Below, in pieces: positions 46,847-55,764 of a DNA stretch of 64,000 bases. The notes beneath the pieces were generated by a model. That model searched no databases. It was not told the origin of the DNA and worked only from the letters and a program-made list of their open reading frames with translations. The translations under genes and the position numbers were made by a program. Source of the DNA: an uncultured Clostridia bacterium (GTDB taxonomy: Bacteria; Bacillota; Clostridia; Christensenellales; UBA1242); the NCBI GenBank assembly GCA_944345705.1, contig CALVML010000005.1, positions 11,282 through 75,281 of the forward strand, given 5' to 3'. Numbering within the stretch: position 1 is the stretch's first letter; the number at the start of each line of letters is the position of its first letter.

Positions 46847-49445
46847 AAATACACAAGATTGGATATGCAAATTTCAGTTTTTTGATAGAAACACAGGACA
46901 GTGGTCGAGTATGTTTGCGCCACAAATTGGTTTCGGTGAAACGTTTGTTCAAGACGAAACAACTGATGATGGAAGTTTAAATTTTAAATGGCGTAGCAGT
47001 TCAAAGCCTAATATACAACACATGCAGTGGGCAAGAATATTACATTTTCATAAGGGTGACAATATGGTGGCAACATATGACGAGAATGGACTACCAATAA
47101 ATCACAATCAATATGTTATAGGTGACTTTCAGATGGCACAAAGCAAGGATAAGTCCTATTGGCTTGTCAAACTTTCTCTACTTGAGCCGATAGAAAGAAT
47201 GCGATTTGTTGTTGGCGAAACTCTTGCCTATACCAATCAAACATCCAAGACTGTCACTGATGGCTCTGGTAATACTGTCACATATGTTAAAGATCCATAT
47301 AATCATTTAACAGCCCTTGAGAGATTTTTAAAAGTCACACCTGCGAACTGTGATAATTATGGTGAAGGTTATAATCCACATAACAATAAATCATGGTATA
47401 ATAGGATAAAGATACTTGATAAAGACTTTTTGCAAAATATACCATTTGATAGCGACTCATTTACTGAGCCAGACCTGTATACAATTTTATTCAAGTATGA
47501 CAAAAGCACAGGAAGAACACCTTGTATGTATTTCGATATGGATCCAGTTACCGATTTACCGCGAAATCTTGATAGAGATGAGTATATACTTAAATTTCTA
47601 CGCCAAGACGGATTTGATAAACCTGTTCTAAACCTATCAGACATAACCGCAAACGCACAAAATGTGACTTATAAATCAAGCCTAGCAAACTTTGCTACAG
47701 GAGTTGTTAGCAATGTTGAAAATCTTGTCACGGGGAGTAATACAGCATTTCCTTTCTACAAATTATATGCTGTACCAGAAATAAATAATAATGTAAGAAA
47801 TTTATCAAATTATAACACTGTTGATAGTGGATGGGGAATTAAATTTCCATTTCCAATAAAAAGAGTTAATAAAATTATTAGAAGGACAGCACTTTTTTGG
47901 GAAAATCTTAATTCTGTAGGTAATGGTGTCATTAGTAGAAGAATTAGTGTTGATGATATTGACTTAACAAGCAACTGTTATGAGATGCAAGAATATAATA
48001 GTTTGGATGAAGAAGAATATTCAGAAGATGAACTATTTTATTATAAAGAAGGTGACAATTTTGTTTATATTAAGAATTATTATTGTGTAAATAATCCAAA
48101 GCTTGACGAAATTATCGAACCATATTTTTACTATATAGAATACGAACCATTAATTAACCCTAAATTAGAAATTGGTGATAACGAATACTCAACTATTTTT
48201 AATCAAGTAGATAGCCAGGTGGATAGCACTAAATATAATAAATTTTTGAATCGGTATTTATTATCAATGGGGAAATCTGATTTAACTATAATTAAAAAGC
48301 ATTATCATCCAGAGGAAATGTATGAAATCGGTAGTCTAGTTTACGATGAAGAAAATAACAAAAAATATATGATAACAGGTTCTTCATATCAAAATCTGAA
48401 TTTTGAACTTCTTGCCGTTTACCAGCTTAATGAGAACCATTTTAGAAGGAATAATTCCGTTAAGGCAAATAAAGCAATAAGACAAAATGCTTCTATAGAT
48501 TATTCTAATATAAAAAACAGAAAAGTTTCTATTATAAATAATATAAATTTAAATTCTAATAGTAATAATAATTCTAAATTCAGATTTATTTTTAATTCCA
48601 TCGTGAATGATGATTTAGATATTCCACAATGTGTACTTATTAATGCTTCATCGAACCTATTGAATTCAAATAATGAAAATGTAGAAATGAACAAAAAATT
48701 TGTTTTGCCTCTACTAAGTACGGCAAATGATAATGAAATTATATTCGTGTTTTGCATTCAAGATAATGCAATGATAGGCAAAGACAAATATTTTGATGAT
48801 AAAAGTTATTCTGGTGCAGGCGGTGTAAGAAGATATTATCCTATAACAAGAATTTCCAAACAGGTTGATGTATTATATACAGATCCATTTGGTTGTATTG
48901 ATATAATGGAATTAGATCTATGTTCTAATCCACAAGATATGACCGATATTGAAATAGGAAATGATAATGTAACAGAAACTACTTTTAATATGTATCTTGA
49001 CAATTATAAAAGGCTAGCTTGTGTCACTATATCCGATGATGAAGCAAATATTTTGAAAGAAAACTCTATCATAAATTTTGGATTAAATATACTAAAAGAT
49101 TCAATTGAAAAACCAATAATATCTTATATTGTTAAATTCAATAGTGAAAATATAATATTAACCAATAAATTATTATTATCTAGTCTGAAAAAAGTAGTAT
49201 TTAGTAATTTAATTGTAAAACTTTATACTTGTAATGTTTCGATATATGATGACATAGATTATATAGCTAGTTATCAAGCAGAATGTTCTTTAATTGATAA
49301 TGGTGTAAAAATATCTTTTGCAAATGGAATTCAAAATGTTAAATCTTTAGTCTTATGGAGTGATAATGATGTGTTATTATTGGCGAAAAATGTAGATGAA
49401 GACGAAATTTATAATGGTTATTACATAATTTCACTTGACTGTTAA
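46821..49445 (+). CDS. large tail/baseplate structural protein (874 aa)
   Basis: ATG after GGGGGAGAG. Beta-rich and aromatic-rich N-terminal two thirds, then a very N/I/K-rich C-terminal third. No peptidase or lysozyme motif seen. Confidence 0.5.
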   Translation: MNMSITGVKNTQDWICKFQFFDRNTGQWSSMFAPQIGFGETFVQDETTDDGSLNFKWRSSSKPNIQHMQWARILHFHKGDNMVATYDENGLPINHNQYVIGDFQMAQSKDKSYWLVKLSLLEPIERMRFVVGETLAYTNQTSKTVTDGSGNTVTYVKDPYNHLTALERFLKVTPANCDNYGEGYNPHNNKSWYNRIKILDKDFLQNIPFDSDSFTEPDLYTILFKYDKSTGRTPCMYFDMDPVTDLPRNLDRDEYILKFLRQDGFDKPVLNLSDITANAQNVTYKSSLANFATGVVSNVENLVTGSNTAFPFYKLYAVPEINNNVRNLSNYNTVDSGWGIKFPFPIKRVNKIIRRTALFWENLNSVGNGVISRRISVDDIDLTSNCYEMQEYNSLDEEEYSEDELFYYKEGDNFVYIKNYYCVNNPKLDEIIEPYFYYIEYEPLINPKLEIGDNEYSTIFNQVDSQVDSTKYNKFLNRYLLSMGKSDLTIIKKHYHPEEMYEIGSLVYDEENNKKYMITGSSYQNLNFELLAVYQLNENHFRRNNSVKANKAIRQNASIDYSNIKNRKVSIINNINLNSNSNNNSKFRFIFNSIVNDDLDIPQCVLINASSNLLNSNNENVEMNKKFVLPLLSTANDNEIIFVFCIQDNAMIGKDKYFDDKSYSGAGGVRRYYPITRISKQVDVLYTDPFGCIDIMELDLCSNPQDMTDIEIGNDNVTETTFNMYLDNYKRLACVTISDDEANILKENSIINFGLNILKDSIEKPIISYIVKFNSENIILTNKLLLSSLKKVVFSNLIVKLYTCNVSIYDDIDYIASYQAECSLIDNGVKISFANGIQNVKSLVLWSDNDVLLLAKNVDEDEIYNGYYIISLDC

Positions 49446-49477
49446 CTTTATTTATTATAAACTTAAACAGAGGTATT

Positions 49478-49780
49478 ATGAATACAAAAAAAATAATAAT
49501 GTTAAGTTTTATTTTGATTTTCTTAATTTTAATTTTAGCAGGTCTTGGTCATGCTTTTTCGTTTATTGTACAATCATATAATAGTATTTTTTATGATTTT
49601 GGTACAGGAGAAAGCGCAAATCTTTCTGATGAGAATTTAAAACTAATTTGGAGTTGGTACGATTCTTATTATATTTTATCTATCATAGCTATTATATTAT
49701 TATCATCTTTAATAATTTTAGTTTCATATCTTTTTATTAAAGAAATAGTATATTATTATAAACAGAAGAAACTTAAATAG
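49478..49780 (+). CDS. small 2-TM membrane protein, paralog A
   Basis: MNTKKIIMLSFILIFLILILAGL...YYILSIIAIILLSSLIILVSYLF. RBS AGAGG. Confidence 0.6.
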   Translation: MNTKKIIMLSFILIFLILILAGLGHAFSFIVQSYNSIFYDFGTGESANLSDENLKLIWSWYDSYYILSIIAIILLSSLIILVSYLFIKEIVYYYKQKKLK

Positions 49781-49788
49781 AGGTGATT

Positions 49789-50088
49789 ATGAATACAAAA
49801 AAAATAGTAATATTAAGTTGTGTTTTAATTTTCTTAATATTGATTTTAGCAGGGCTTGCCTATGATTTTTCATTTATTATACAATCATATAACAATATTT
49901 TTTATGATTTTGATACCGGTGAAAGTTATACCAATTATACAGATGAGGAGTTAAAACTGTTTTGGAGTTGGTACGATTCTTATTATATTTTGTCTATCAT
50001 AAGTATTATATTACTATCAGTATTAATAATTTTAGATTTATATCTTCTAATGAAAGAAATAGTGTCTTATTGCAAGCATAAGAAATAA
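49789..50088 (+). CDS. small 2-TM membrane protein, paralog B (tandem duplicate of 49478-49780)
   Basis: About three quarters identical to paralog A by hand alignment. The duplicated unit (about 311 nt) includes the upstream ACTTAAAYAGAGGT. Confidence 0.6.
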   Translation: MNTKKIVILSCVLIFLILILAGLAYDFSFIIQSYNNIFYDFDTGESYTNYTDEELKLFWSWYDSYYILSIISIILLSVLIILDLYLLMKEIVSYCKHKK

Positions 50089-50115
50089 TTGACTACTGAA
50101 ATAAAAGTGATTGTT

Positions 50116-50667
50116 ATGAAAAAGAAGTTAACTTATTTTTTTGTAATTTCTACATCTATATTATTAATTGTTTTAATAGGGTTACTTTCCTATCACTTAG
50201 ATTACTTTGTAAAATATGAAATTGGGGGAAGTGATTTTTTGCAAATGATTTTTATTTTCATATTTTTGTTAATCGCATTTATACTATATTGTGTTATACT
50301 CTATTGTTTCATAAACAAAAGAAATGTTCCAATATTAACATTTCTAAAATTTATAATTCTAGTATTTTTATTAATTAGTTTTATTTTAACTTTGATTTAT
50401 ACTATTGATAATTATCATTTTTATTTAATTGAGGAGTCTTTGAGTTGGAATGATATATTTTTAAATAGCGAGTTAACAACTATTATGTTAACTATCTTAT
50501 TTGCATCAATCTTTTTATTTATGGCTTTTGTTTTTGTTTTAATACAAATTATTCTTGATATAAAAAACAAAAATTATCCACAAATAAACTTAGTTAAACT
50601 TCGTCAATCTCGCAAAGACAAACGCCTTAAACGTTTACAAGATAAAATAGATAAGTTAGATGAGTAG
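50116..50667 (+). CDS. 4-TM membrane protein with basic coiled-coil tail (183 aa)
   Basis: Start at ATG 50116. Four long hydrophobic segments, then KLRQSRKDKRLKRLQDKIDKLDE. Confidence 0.55.
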   Translation: MKKKLTYFFVISTSILLIVLIGLLSYHLDYFVKYEIGGSDFLQMIFIFIFLLIAFILYCVILYCFINKRNVPILTFLKFIILVFLLISFILTLIYTIDNYHFYLIEESLSWNDIFLNSELTTIMLTILFASIFLFMAFVFVLIQIILDIKNKNYPQINLVKLRQSRKDKRLKRLQDKIDKLDE

Positions 50668-50697
50668 ATTTTGTAAAATCTTATTAAATATTTTAAT

Positions 50698-50726
50698 TTG
50701 ACTATTTAATATTAAAAGGTTACAAT
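50698..50726 (+). promoter_or_regulatory. promoter of the 50733 membrane-protein gene (possibly leaderless mRNA)
   Basis: TTGACT (50698-50703), 17 nt, TACAAT (50721-50726). The ATG lies 7 nt after the -10 and there is no SD at normal spacing. Confidence 0.4.
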
Positions 50727-50732
50727 ATATAT

Positions 50733-51221
50733 ATGAAAAAGAAAAAAGCTTATTATATATACTCATTTTTTATCTGTGTATTATCAATTGTAAATATAAT
50801 CATAAACATTTCTCCTTTAAAATATGCTATATATGTTTATAATGTAGTGAGAAGAGATTATGATATTGGTCTCTATATTTATGGCATTGTTATGGCTATT
50901 AGTTTAGTTATAATTATATTAAATATAATTGGGATGTGGTTATACAAGAAAGATAAAAAGGTAAAAATTAGTATTGTTATAAGTATATTTTCTATAATAT
51001 TTCTTTTATTTATATTTATTCAAGCTATATATTTTATAAATTCCACAATAAATCTTTTGAATCAATACGAAGGTTCAACGGCTTCTCATTTATATGTACA
51101 TTATTTACAACTTGCATTCTCTGCTATATGCATTATTCTTGAGATATTTAAACTTGTCATTATATCTAAATCAGCTCGCAAGCCTAAAGAGAATGCCGTC
51201 AAGCTAGATGAGGTAAAATAA
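50733..51221 (+). CDS. 4-TM membrane protein (162 aa)
   Basis: MKKKKAYYIYSFFICVLSIVNIII... with four hydrophobic segments. Confidence 0.55.
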   Translation: MKKKKAYYIYSFFICVLSIVNIIINISPLKYAIYVYNVVRRDYDIGLYIYGIVMAISLVIIILNIIGMWLYKKDKKVKISIVISIFSIIFLLFIFIQAIYFINSTINLLNQYEGSTASHLYVHYLQLAFSAICIILEIFKLVIISKSARKPKENAVKLDEVK

Positions 51222-51302
51222 CGAATAAAGGGAAAAGTAGGTATTATTTTTTAAATATTTGCATAAAAAGTGCAAAAATCGCAAAAATAACTCTGTAAAA
51301 CA

Positions 51303-51331
51303 TTGACAATTATCATGTTTTTGTATAAAAT
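51303..51331 (+). promoter_or_regulatory. promoter of the ATPase/RloB-like cassette
   Basis: TTGACA (51303-51308), 17 nt, TAAAAT (51326-51331), with a TG two bases upstream. The ORF-track TTG start is actually this -35 box. Confidence 0.55.
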
Positions 51332-51347
51332 GATAATGGAGGTTAAA

Positions 51348-52604
51348 ATGTTAATAGATTTTAAATTTAAAAACTTTATGTCTTATAGAGATGAAACTTT
51401 ATTCACAATGGAAGCAAATGTAGATAATAGTCACGTAGACAATTTGATCCAAAATGAAAATAAAAGATATTCAAAGGTTAGGGTGATGTATGGGGCGAAT
51501 GCTTCTGGTAAATCATCATTTATAAAGGCTTTAGATTTTGTTAATCAGTTTGTATTTATTTCTAATGTTGTGCTTAATACAAATCAAATAAGAATTGTTC
51601 CATATAGATTTCGGGATAATTATCTTAATTATCCTTCAGAATTTTGTATTGATTTTGTTAAAAATGGAAAAAGATACAGGTATTCTTTTTCATGTAAAAG
51701 AGATATGGTCATCAATGAACGCCTTGATGTTTTTTATTCAGCTAAACCAACTAATATTTTTGACAGGTATGATACTGAACACTTCAAAGTAAATAAAAAT
51801 TTTATCAACATAAAAACATTAGAAGATAAACTTGACCCTTATAAATTATTTTTAACAACGGTTGCAAGTAAACAAATAGATGTTGCTAAACAAGTTGTAG
51901 AATTTTTGTTGAACGATCTATTTATTCTTCGTAGTCCAGATATAAATTTTAATTTTAAATTTATATTTGATAATAATGACTTTGAAGATTTTAAAAGGTT
52001 TTGTTTAAAGATTTTAGGGAATGCTGATATAAATATTACTGATTTTGATATAGAAGTAAAAGCTTTAAAAGATTTAGATAATGCAGATAATTTTTTAAGA
52101 CTCTATAATGAACAAACAAAATCAGAACTACTTAGAAATACAAGCATTTTTAACATAAGAACATTGCACAAGATTAAAAATGGCGATAAAGATGAAGCTT
52201 ATGAGTTAAACATGAAACAGGAATCTTTAGGAACACAGCAATTATTTAATCTAGCTCCAATTTTATATTATGTTTTTAGAAATGGTAAAACTTTAATAGT
52301 AGATGAGTTAGACAAGAGTTTGCATCCTTTACTTGTTCAGTATATTATTAAGATGTTCTTAGATAAAGATATAAATACAAAAAATGCTCAGTTAATATGT
52401 AATACTTTCGATACAAATCTACTAGATCTAGATTTGTTAAGGCGAGATGAAATATGGTTTACTGAAAAGGATTTTAAAACAGGGGTTTCTGAACTTTATT
52501 CATTATCGGACTTTTCTATTAGAAAGAATGAAAATGTGAACAAAGGATATATGCTAGGTCGATATGGAGCAATCCCTTTTATAAAAGGAGTATTCGATGT
52601 ATAG
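51348..52604 (+). CDS. ABC-type (AAA_21/AAA_15-like) ATPase of a two-gene defence-like cassette
   Basis: Start at the ATG after GGAGG. MLIDFKFKNFMSYRDE, Walker A YGANASGKSS, signature-like ESLGTQQLF, Walker B/H-loop TLIVDELDKSLHP, C-terminus RRDEIWFTEKD...GRYGAIPF. Confidence 0.8.
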   Translation: MLIDFKFKNFMSYRDETLFTMEANVDNSHVDNLIQNENKRYSKVRVMYGANASGKSSFIKALDFVNQFVFISNVVLNTNQIRIVPYRFRDNYLNYPSEFCIDFVKNGKRYRYSFSCKRDMVINERLDVFYSAKPTNIFDRYDTEHFKVNKNFINIKTLEDKLDPYKLFLTTVASKQIDVAKQVVEFLLNDLFILRSPDINFNFKFIFDNNDFEDFKRFCLKILGNADINITDFDIEVKALKDLDNADNFLRLYNEQTKSELLRNTSIFNIRTLHKIKNGDKDEAYELNMKQESLGTQQLFNLAPILYYVFRNGKTLIVDELDKSLHPLLVQYIIKMFLDKDINTKNAQLICNTFDTNLLDLDLLRRDEIWFTEKDFKTGVSELYSLSDFSIRKNENVNKGYMLGRYGAIPFIKGVFDV

Positions 52605-53214
52605 GCAACGGATAAAGAAATTTAGAAATCCAATTATATATTTAATAGTGGAAGGTAAAAATAAGACAGAGCGGAATTATTTGTCATATTTCAAAAATAA
52701 AAATAACAAATTTAAATTATATATAGTTGATAGTGTAGCAACTGACCCAGAAAGTATGATAAAAAAAGCCATAGAAGTCTATCGTAAAAATGATTTAAAT
52801 GAAATGAATGGTGATAAAGTTTTTTGTTTAATTGATTTAGATTTGTCCGCAGAAAGATATAAAAAAGTAAACATGATGCTTCAGAAGAATGTATATAAAA
52901 AGGTTAATGTAATTTTTTCAAATCCATGCTTTGAAATTTGGCTTTTGTATCATTTTACCGAGTATCCTAAACCCGAGAAATGTTCTAGTGATGTAAAAAA
53001 ACAAGTAAAAAAATATATTAAAAATTATGAAGAAAATTACGACAATTATGATATCATAGGTATTTATGAGAAATATATTACAGCAATAAATAATTCTGAC
53101 AGGAGAAATCGACTTTATATAGAGAATAATATATCTAAACATGAAAGAAATCCGTATACGGAAGTGCAAAATCTTATAGACTTATTCAATAAATACAATG
53201 AGCAGGACAAGTAG
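52597..53214 (+). CDS. RloB-like (TOPRIM-related) protein
   Basis: IIYLIVEGKNKTERNY, VFCLIDLD and FSNPCFEIWLLYHF match RloB-family hallmarks (EG..TE..YF, D.D, SNPCFE.WLLLHF). Overlaps the ATPase gene by 8 nt. Confidence 0.75.
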   Translation: MYRQRIKKFRNPIIYLIVEGKNKTERNYLSYFKNKNNKFKLYIVDSVATDPESMIKKAIEVYRKNDLNEMNGDKVFCLIDLDLSAERYKKVNMMLQKNVYKKVNVIFSNPCFEIWLLYHFTEYPKPEKCSSDVKKQVKKYIKNYEENYDNYDIIGIYEKYITAINNSDRRNRLYIENNISKHERNPYTEVQNLIDLFNKYNEQDK

Positions 53215-53226
53215 TCTTGCTTTTTT
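53202..53226 (+). terminator. intrinsic terminator closing the ATPase/RloB-like cassette
   Basis: GCAGGAC (53202-53208)-AAGTA-GTCTTGC (53214-53220, one G-U), followed by TTTTTT. Confidence 0.55.
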
Positions 53227-53242
53227 AATTTAAGGAGAAAAT

Positions 53243-55753
53243 ATGAAAAACAATAAAGTTTTATTGTCATTCGATATGAATGGCAATTTTTTATCTATTC
53301 AAGAAGATAGCAATAAAATCTACGCAGGAAGTGTGGCGAGTGTTGAGTATTATGTCGATTTTACCGAAAACTTATCTGCAAATGATTTAGTTTATATTTC
53401 ATTTACTAGACCAGACAATCAAAAGCTTGCTCCATTAATTTGTGAGCGAATACTTGATAATAGATTTAAATTGTTATCTACGGGGGAAGAACTCGATTAT
53501 AATTTGACAACAACCGAAGAAATGACTATCAATGTTATAATTAAAACTAGAGATATTATAACTAATGTTTCAGCCATTAAATCGCAAGCAAGTGTTGTTG
53601 TTAATGTTTATCCAGGAAGTCAATTTGTTCCAGGAATAGTTGATGATAGTGTTGTAACTAATCTTGAAGAACATTTGAATGATATTGAAAAATACACAAT
53701 TAAAAAATATAATGTGAAAGACATTCAAAATGGATTAGTCTTGATACCTTATGCAGAAAACGGAATAAAAGAAGCTCCTGCAATATACATGGGTTATTCG
53801 CATTTAGTTAAATTTTATAATTGGGAATATGAAGAATATCGTTCAACAAATGTTCAAGGAAATTTATTTGTATTTGCAGAAAATGTAGATTCCAATATAA
53901 TAAAGCAATATGAGTATTTATTTACAGATAATAAAATATATGCTAGAACAGTGATTCAAGAGACAGTAACCAATGTTACAACCACCATTACAACCATCGA
54001 TGCTGGTGATTTTTATGATATTTCACTTGTCAATGATACTTTTTTGGATTATACAGATGGTAAAATTACTGAGCATAACACAAGTGGCACTGCACATTAT
54101 GATATCAGATCTCTTATTTCACAACTTACAAGCCAAGTTACTGAGAATACGAGTGATATCGCAAGCAATTCAAATAGAATTGACGCTAATGCTACTAATA
54201 TAAGCAATTTGACTATACAAGTCAATAGCAATTCTAGTTTGATTCAAGATACAAGAAACAATCTAGCAAGTAATTATTATACTAAACAGCAAACTTATAC
54301 AAAAGACGAAGTCAAGAGTTTGCTTGGAACGGCGGCAGGCTTCCAGTTTGTAATTGTAGAAGAATTGTCATTGCAGGGCGATCCAACAAAAATATATCTT
54401 GTGCCCGTATCGAAATTAACACAGTTAACCGAAAATGATCCACAAACAGAAGTAGATGATTATTATGACGAATATATTTGGCTTGCTTCTGAGAATAGGT
54501 ATGAGTGTATCGGTTCAACGCGGATCAATATAGATGACTATGTTACAAACGAAGACTTTGAAACAGCGCTAAACACCAAATCTGATACTACATATGTTGA
54601 CGAACAGCTTGATTTAAAAGCTGATGCTACAGAAGTTGATGATGTTAAAAATAATGTGAGTGGATTAGAAACGTCTATTTCAAGTTTACAGACGCAGATA
54701 AATAATAATATAGCAAATATTACCGATTTAGAGAGCAATAAACTGGATAAAAATCAAGGTGTAGCAAATGCTGGCAAGGTGATGCTTATTGGCGAAGATG
54801 GCAACTTAATTCCACAATCCCTAGCGGATGGAGGTACAACTGTAATTGTGAATGGGGAAGCACAAACCACATGGGATGCAGATACTAAAGCAAATGTGTC
54901 TTCACTTTCAGCAGTTGCAACGAGTGGCTCTTATAGTGACCTAACTGATAAACCTACTATTCCAACAGATAACACAGAACTTACAAATGGCGCGAATTAT
55001 GCTACAGTTTCACAGATCCCAACTAACAATAATCAATTAACTAACGGAGCAAATTACGCTACAAAATCAGAAGTATCATCCACTTACGCTACAAAATCAG
55101 AAGTATCATCCACTTATGCGACTAAAACTGAGTTGACAACCGAGATAAGCAATAGGACTACTGCGGATAGTAATTTGCAAGGTCAAATTAATGAAAAGGC
55201 AAATAATACAAATCCTCAGTTTTATAATACAGCTAACTTTAATCCTACCACAGGTAATACAGAAAGGGGAGTTATAATTTCTCCAGGTGCCTATACACAA
55301 CCTCGAATAACATTTGTTGGAAATTTAGGAGCACAATTATATATAACAATGGGTGAAAGTGATTATGACGGAAATTATATTTCTTGCTCATCGGAATTTC
55401 GTTCTAGTAGTATATACACTAATAGTTTATCTGTCAATGGACGTGAACCACGTCTTATATTTGACCAGGGTACAACATCAAATGGTTATTGGATTAAATA
55501 TACTGACAGTACTATGGAACAACATTTTACAGTTACTGGTTCACGGGGAGATGTAACACCACATAATTTTCTTCAAGACTTTAGGGGTATTCCTATAGTT
55601 CATAGAACAATTGATATAGATGGTAGTGGTAATGCCAGTCAATTAAGAGGATGGAATATTTCAAACTTAACAAATACCGGTTTTAATATATATACTACTG
55701 ATATTTCGGGGGCAGAAACATCTATGATTTCTGCCTATGGATATTGGCAATAA
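53243..55753 (+). CDS. tail fibre / receptor-binding protein (836 aa)
   Basis: Central N/S/T-rich coiled-coil region (TENTSDIASNSNRIDANATNISNLTIQVNSNSS), repeated ..NGANYAT.SEVSSTYATKSE.. units, and a globular C-terminus. Confidence 0.7.
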   Translation: MKNNKVLLSFDMNGNFLSIQEDSNKIYAGSVASVEYYVDFTENLSANDLVYISFTRPDNQKLAPLICERILDNRFKLLSTGEELDYNLTTTEEMTINVIIKTRDIITNVSAIKSQASVVVNVYPGSQFVPGIVDDSVVTNLEEHLNDIEKYTIKKYNVKDIQNGLVLIPYAENGIKEAPAIYMGYSHLVKFYNWEYEEYRSTNVQGNLFVFAENVDSNIIKQYEYLFTDNKIYARTVIQETVTNVTTTITTIDAGDFYDISLVNDTFLDYTDGKITEHNTSGTAHYDIRSLISQLTSQVTENTSDIASNSNRIDANATNISNLTIQVNSNSSLIQDTRNNLASNYYTKQQTYTKDEVKSLLGTAAGFQFVIVEELSLQGDPTKIYLVPVSKLTQLTENDPQTEVDDYYDEYIWLASENRYECIGSTRINIDDYVTNEDFETALNTKSDTTYVDEQLDLKADATEVDDVKNNVSGLETSISSLQTQINNNIANITDLESNKLDKNQGVANAGKVMLIGEDGNLIPQSLADGGTTVIVNGEAQTTWDADTKANVSSLSAVATSGSYSDLTDKPTIPTDNTELTNGANYATVSQIPTNNNQLTNGANYATKSEVSSTYATKSEVSSTYATKTELTTEISNRTTADSNLQGQINEKANNTNPQFYNTANFNPTTGNTERGVIISPGAYTQPRITFVGNLGAQLYITMGESDYDGNYISCSSEFRSSSIYTNSLSVNGREPRLIFDQGTTSNGYWIKYTDSTMEQHFTVTGSRGDVTPHNFLQDFRGIPIVHRTIDIDGSGNASQLRGWNISNLTNTGFNIYTTDISGAETSMISAYGYWQ
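55055..55114 (+). repeat. perfect 2 x 30-bp tandem duplication inside the fibre gene
   Basis: TACGCTACAAAATCAGAAGTATCATCCACT twice (YATKSEVSST x2), followed by a degenerate third copy. Confidence 0.9.
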
Positions 55754-55764
55754 GGAGGTAAAAA

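Noticed and set aside
49486-49804. A8 homopolymer tracts at codons 3-5 of both paralogous membrane genes as phase-variation switches
   Set aside because: A-runs of this length are common in this AT-rich sequence and simply encode KK. There is no evidence of length variation.
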